This document shows positions 21,518 to 25,785 of a stretch of DNA of 25,785 nt, piece after piece (within the stretch, counting starts at the first letter, position 1; every line of letters begins with the position of its first letter). Position numbers and translations under genes: made by a program. The stretch spans positions 186,001-211,785 of the forward strand of contig JAUGWO010000140.1 of assembly GCA_049724395.1 (NCBI GenBank), written 5' to 3'. The notes beneath the pieces are model-generated. The model worked only from the letters and a program-made list of their open reading frames with translations, searched no databases and had not been told where the DNA came from. This DNA comes from Spongospora subterranea f. sp. subterranea. Lineage: Eukaryota.

Positions 21518-22421
21518 TTATAACCATAAATCCATTGAAGGTTGTTCCGACAACATGATCTGCGTGATCTGCATTATCGCGCCAAAGCATTTGCAATGCA
21601 ATTCGTCACTCTTGTGTCTCCAGGAACGTAAAACGGCAAAGTGTTTGATCCTTTTGTTGACCGTTTCCGATCGCGCCATTATGCGTTTGTGCTGTCGATT
21701 AAATGTCCTAGCGTATTGGGTTTGTGGATCACCAAAGGGCGTGCTAAATTGACGACAACCCCTGTAACCTTTGTCTGCCAATGCTTGCTCGTCTTCATCT
21801 AGCATTTTGGTAAATCCAGATTGCGCAAGCACAAGGTCTGGATGAGCACCACATGGAACACCTCCATTCCACCATAGGATCTTCGATGTTCCCAATGCCA
21901 TGGCAATTTCATATCTCAGACCGGCGTGATTCAATTTAAATGCGAAAAATAGGCCTTGTTGAAAGGATGATGTTCGTCAATTTTACAATCTGTCCCGTCC
22001 AAAGTACAGCAAGCTGATCGGTGAGTCCAGTTTTCATAACGGTCATCGAAATCAATCTGACGACAAATGTTTAGTTGGTGTATGAGAAAACTTAATAATT
22101 TACCAAGTCCAAACGTCGGATTCTTTCGATTAAGATCCAAATCCACTTCCGATAGGTTTTTTCGGTTACTTTAAAAGTAGCTGCTGCTACTTCTTCCAAC
22201 GGATATATTTTCAAGAAATATAGAGCCATCAGTAAATGAATAAACGAAAACGGAACATGTTGGCCGGCAAGTGAAATTAAAAGTTTTTGCCAAAGAACCA
22301 CAGTTCCCGTAATGCTCATACCGAAAAATGTTCTGAACTTTCGTTCCCACACCGATGATATGACGCTGGACCCGATTATTGAAGATGCCAAAAGCTCACA
22401 TCTGCGTCGCATCGAAGCCAT
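21518..22421 (-). CDS. PIF/Harbinger-ISL2EU-type (DDE_Tnp_4) transposase; one 47-bp intron (22057-22103) and one frameshift near 21935-21940
   Basis: FRTFFG; HTH region HLLMALYFLKIYP...VTEKTYRKW; catalytic motifs LDGTDC, ADKGY and ARSETVNKRIK. FSH(K)LNHAGLRYE is restored by removing 2 nt. Confidence 0.9.
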
Positions 22422-22469
22422 ACTGGATACCTAACCGTACACTCTGTAGTTCAAATTAAAATGCGTACC

Positions 22470-22776
22470 GCGCATAATATCAGTAATATTTGTAATGGGG
22501 AGTACATTGGCTTTTTATAGCGAGTTTGAGGGTTGCGCATTACAAAAGTTGAGGAGTTAACCGCCGCGCAACCCCGCGCAATGGTGCGCAGTAAAATTTT
22601 CTATCCATTCAATAAAAAAGAACTGAATTTTCAAAAGAAGAAAACGCCGCGCAGAATGTTTCTTCTGCGCATAGTCGGTGCGCACAAATTCCCATTGTTG
22701 CGCATGTGTCTACGTTTCTTGCGCACAAATGCGCACGATCGCGCAAATGACGTAATTAGGGCGATTACTGATATTA
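22470..22776. promoter_or_regulatory. GCGCA-motif cluster between the two divergent genes of the outer element; candidate bidirectional promoter or protein-binding array
   Basis: 12 GCGCA pentamers start at 22470, 22535, 22566, 22576, 22586, 22649, 22667, 22680, 22700, 22721, 22731 and 22741. A 13-bp perfect inverted repeat lies at 22475-22487 / 22764-22776. Function is inferred from position only. Confidence 0.45.
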
Positions 22777-22914
22777 ATCCTTGTACGTGTCAGTAAGGAG
22801 GTTAAAACGATAAACTGCGTCACGGACTGCGTAACACGTGTTTACGCAATGCCCATCACGGAGAAGTGAAAAACAGCGACGCGCTTTATACTGTATGCAT
22901 ATTGCTGCAACGAA

Positions 22915-23739
22915 ATGAGCAAGGGTGCAATGGCTGCTAACAAGCAAGGGTGGATGCAGGATCCTCAAGACATTGCTTTAGAAGCAATTCTTCTTGAGCA
23001 TGACATGCAACCCGACAAATTAACAGGGAAAGGCGTCAAGGATCTGAATGGGATTTTTAATAACATCGACAGTAACTATTTAGGAGGGAAGATCCGTTCT
23101 ATGCGCGCTAGAATCGAATCTCAAGGTATCAGTTCTTTGAGAACAGCTACAACATCAATTTATTTGTTTACAGGTCCGTCTAATGAAGATGCGCCAGAAA
23201 ATAATGTAGCAATTTTGTGCAAACGTGGTCCCGAAAGTAGAGAACCAGGGGTCACACCGAAAAGAATTGTTCCGTCATCGTTGTACTCATCGAAGACGGC
23301 ATTAACACCAAAAGCCGTAGTTTCGGATTTTAAGTTACACCGTTCTATGGAATACATATGCCGGGAATCGATGCGGTCTAAAATTCTAGTAATTGTATCA
23401 TTACTGGGCCATATGGAAATGAAGTCCCGGGTTTCCGAAGACGGAATGGAATTGGTAATATCAATTACCGACAAGTTTGAGGATGCGAATCCGTTCATCA
23501 ATCCGGAATTGACTTCCATTGCGGAGGTTCTGTCGGATCCTGAGTCAAGAATTCTGGGGTCATTATTCACAGATAGCCCACCAGCCAGCTACACGTATCG
23601 CATATGCTTGGGGAAGGCTGTATTAAGCAGCAAATCTCAACGAGTTGTCAAAAACGCGAAAGGGAATCCTGTGAGGATGCTGATCACTCTAACAGTCCGC
23701 GAAGAAGGTCACGACGACTCGTCAATGGAGTCGTTATAA
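22915..23739 (+). CDS. Second gene of the Harbinger-type element: putative Myb/SANT-like helical N-terminus plus putative alpha-crystallin/HSP20-like C-terminal domain
   Basis: 274-codon open frame inside the TIRs, divergent from the transposase and ending ~60 bp before the right-end repeats. It includes a probable in-frame 48-nt GT-AG intron (23126-23173). Domain calls are by residue pattern only. Confidence 0.7.
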   Translation: MSKGAMAANKQGWMQDPQDIALEAILLEHDMQPDKLTGKGVKDLNGIFNNIDSNYLGGKIRSMRARIESQGISSLRTATTSIYLFTGPSNEDAPENNVAILCKRGPESREPGVTPKRIVPSSLYSSKTALTPKAVVSDFKLHRSMEYICRESMRSKILVIVSLLGHMEMKSRVSEDGMELVISITDKFEDANPFINPELTSIAEVLSDPESRILGSLFTDSPPASYTYRICLGKAVLSSKSQRVVKNAKGNPVRMLITLTVREEGHDDSSMESL

Positions 23740-24010
23740 ATTATCAATTACATCAGAATGCATGTATTGCCCAATTTCTCGTTTCTTCGCAAATTCTTGT
23801 GTTTACCGCAACTTCCTGGTCGTCTACGCAATTTTTGAAGTGACCAGTTAATGTGACCAGTCTTTTCTCGTCCCCCATTTTAAAATGCCTTCAGATTTAT
23901 TGGGCATTTTTTATATTTTTTAATCGAAAAAAGTCCGAATGCCGTGGATCCGCGCAGCAAACTTCGGACTCTCGTTTCGTTCGACGTTTGTGCACATAGA
24001 AGCTCGTTCC

Positions 24011-25785
24011 ATGAGTAGCTCAAACAAACGAGGAAGGCCTCAGGCTACGATCCATGTCCATTTCAAAAAGTTCCTCAAAACCGGCGATCTCAAGTGTGAT
24101 CAAGCCGAATGCATTTATTGCGGAAAAAGGTTTGCATATTCGAAACAAGGTCTGGATCGACATGCAAGTAACTGTGCTAAGGTTAGATTTCCAAATCTCG
24201 TACGCCGATTTTCTTCTTGAACCAATATTCCTTAGTTCCCGCGTGGCATTGGCTTGCTTTGTAATGGACCTGTAGAATCTGATTATATTTCTGACGATGG
24301 GGATGACCATGCTGTCTCTCGCCGTTGTTCACAAACTGCTAACCGTTTGGTTTCATTATCAACAACTGAATCCACTTCCAATCGTGCTCCGTCATGGTGT
24401 GATTCAATGACCAACGCAGAAACAGACAAAGCTAATCGCCTTTTGGCTCGTGCTGTGCACCGAACAGCGACATGTTTCTCCTTCTTTGAAAACCAATATT
24501 TTAAGGAATGGATCAAGTATTTACGACCCTCATATCGTTTACCTGGGCGTGACGCAATAGGCGGCAGACTTCTTGATGACGAATATACTGCAGTACAATC
24601 TGCTGTCGTTCGTGCTATCAAAAGCTTCAGTTGCATTTGCATGACATGGGATGGCGTTACCAATCATGCTGGAAAACAAGTATTAAACATGATGGCTGCA
24701 GGCCCATCAGCATATTTTTTGGAGCATTTCCAAATGAATTTGAAGCGTGAATCTTCTGACAATCTTCGAGACCGGCTATTAGATGCCCGCAATCGTTTGC
24801 GAGTAGCAATGGGCTTGGCTCACACAGAGCCCGATTCCGCGAACCTCGATCTACAACAAAACGGGTCCGCCAATCGAATGGAACCAATGTGGACATTATG
24901 TACTGATTCGCCGAATGTGATGAAATCTCTTCGAAAAAAAGCACTTCTTTCGGGGTTATTCACTTTTGCTTATGGATGCGCTCCACATGGCTTGAACAAT
25001 CTGAGCATGGACTGGATAAAGTTGCAAGGACCAAAAGAAATTCTGTCCAAGGGAGTCTTTATTGTCAACAAAATCAACAGCATTCATCTTCTTAGGAGCA
25101 TGTTCGAGGTGATTTGCATGCAAAAACTCAATAAGTCTTACTCTCTCATCTTATTTACGAAGACACGATGGAGTACATGTTATTTCATGGTTAAACGTTT
25201 GATGTTGGTCAAAGGAGCGTTGGTCGCCATGCCAAACTCGATCGATCATGATATCGCCTATGAAGATGTTGCAATGGAAGGTGATCTTCGCGAAGCTATT
25301 CTTGACGTGTCGCATTGGAAAGGGATTGCAGCAATGGAATATATTTTGAAACCTTTATGTTCGGCAATTACGTACTTAGAGGGTGACGAAGCCACATTTT
25401 CTGCTGTTTACGCGTGTTTTGTGGCCATTGCACATCATGCTCTAACTATTCCTAGCACTACACGAATCCAGTTATCAATTTCACGAGAGGAACTACTGAG
25501 ATACGTTCATTCGCGACTTAAAAGTATTTACACCACAGCCCATGCTTTGTCTTTCGTAACGGATCCGTTTTTCTATGACATGCGTGTGAATCTGTTCAAC
25601 CTGCACGGTCAGGCCATTCTGGATCTTGGATGCGGCCCTTTATTTGGACAGTGCCGCTCAGCGCTTGCAGAAGCATCAAAAACCGAAGGTACTCCCAGCG
25701 AATCAGTTTTAAATGAACAATTTGCCCATTTCTTATCCCTGCGGCTGGATGGGACATTTTTATATGATGCTCGCAAGCTCAAGCC
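24011..25785 (+). CDS. hAT-superfamily transposase with N-terminal BED zinc finger; intron 24182-24235; truncated by the window end
   Basis: Exon 1 reads IHVHF...AECIYC...LDRHASNC (BED finger). Exon 2 is open to the window end and contains FSFFENQYF, LRPSYRLPGR, MTWDGVTN, LCTDSPNVM, GCAPHGLN (CxxH), KTRWST and TYLEGD. It is missing from the supplied ORF track, presumably because no stop is reached. Confidence 0.92.

Larger units (their letters stand above)
15620..23876. mobile_element. Outer DNA transposon, PIF/Harbinger-ISL2EU type (about 2.5 kb once nested insertions are removed)
   Basis: 59-bp TIRs at 15620-15678 and 23818-23876 (56/59 match, GGGGG termini). A further perfect 19-bp inverted match links 21449-21467 and 23798-23816. 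The flanks AAAAT / ATTTT fit an AT duplication. Contains a DDE_Tnp_4-type transposase and a divergent second gene. Confidence 0.9.

Noticed and set aside
21930..21945. Extra TT in the Harbinger transposase considered as an excision footprint
   Set aside because: A two-base insertion in an AT-rich run cannot be told apart from slippage or sequencing error.
22557..22805. TTAA-CC...GG-TTAA considered as a piggyBac-like MITE
   Set aside because: The inverted match beyond TTAACC is too short and imperfect.

Overview
Eukaryotic genomic DNA with many short (~45-60 bp) spliceosomal introns. An axonemal dynein implies a flagellated stage; a zoosporic protist such as a phytomyxid is a guess only. The left ~11.3 kb is gene-dense: the 3' part of an inner-arm dynein heavy chain (DNAH2/DHC10-like), an F-BAR + 2xSH3 gene, a 73-bp minisatellite, a coiled-coil RING-HC gene, a small hypothetical gene and an HTATSF1/Tat-SF1 homologue. 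From ~13.6 kb the window is transposon-derived: a Ty3/Gypsy gag relic, a LINE RNase H relic, a three-level nest of DNA transposons and a BED-finger hAT transposase running off the right end. The outer element of the nest is PIF/Harbinger-ISL2EU-type (15620-23876), with a divergent second gene that looks like Myb-like HTH plus an alpha-crystallin-like domain. Inserted in its left end is a 5.7-kb element with ~140-bp TIRs (15687-21423) that encodes a GCM-domain, Mutator-like DDE transposase apparently fused to a USP/C19 deubiquitinase-like domain, and whose termini closely resemble those of its unrelated host element. Inside that is a pogo DD35D element (15984-17794) carrying a second, HIRAN-like ORF. 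All domain calls come from reading motifs by eye, not from database searches.
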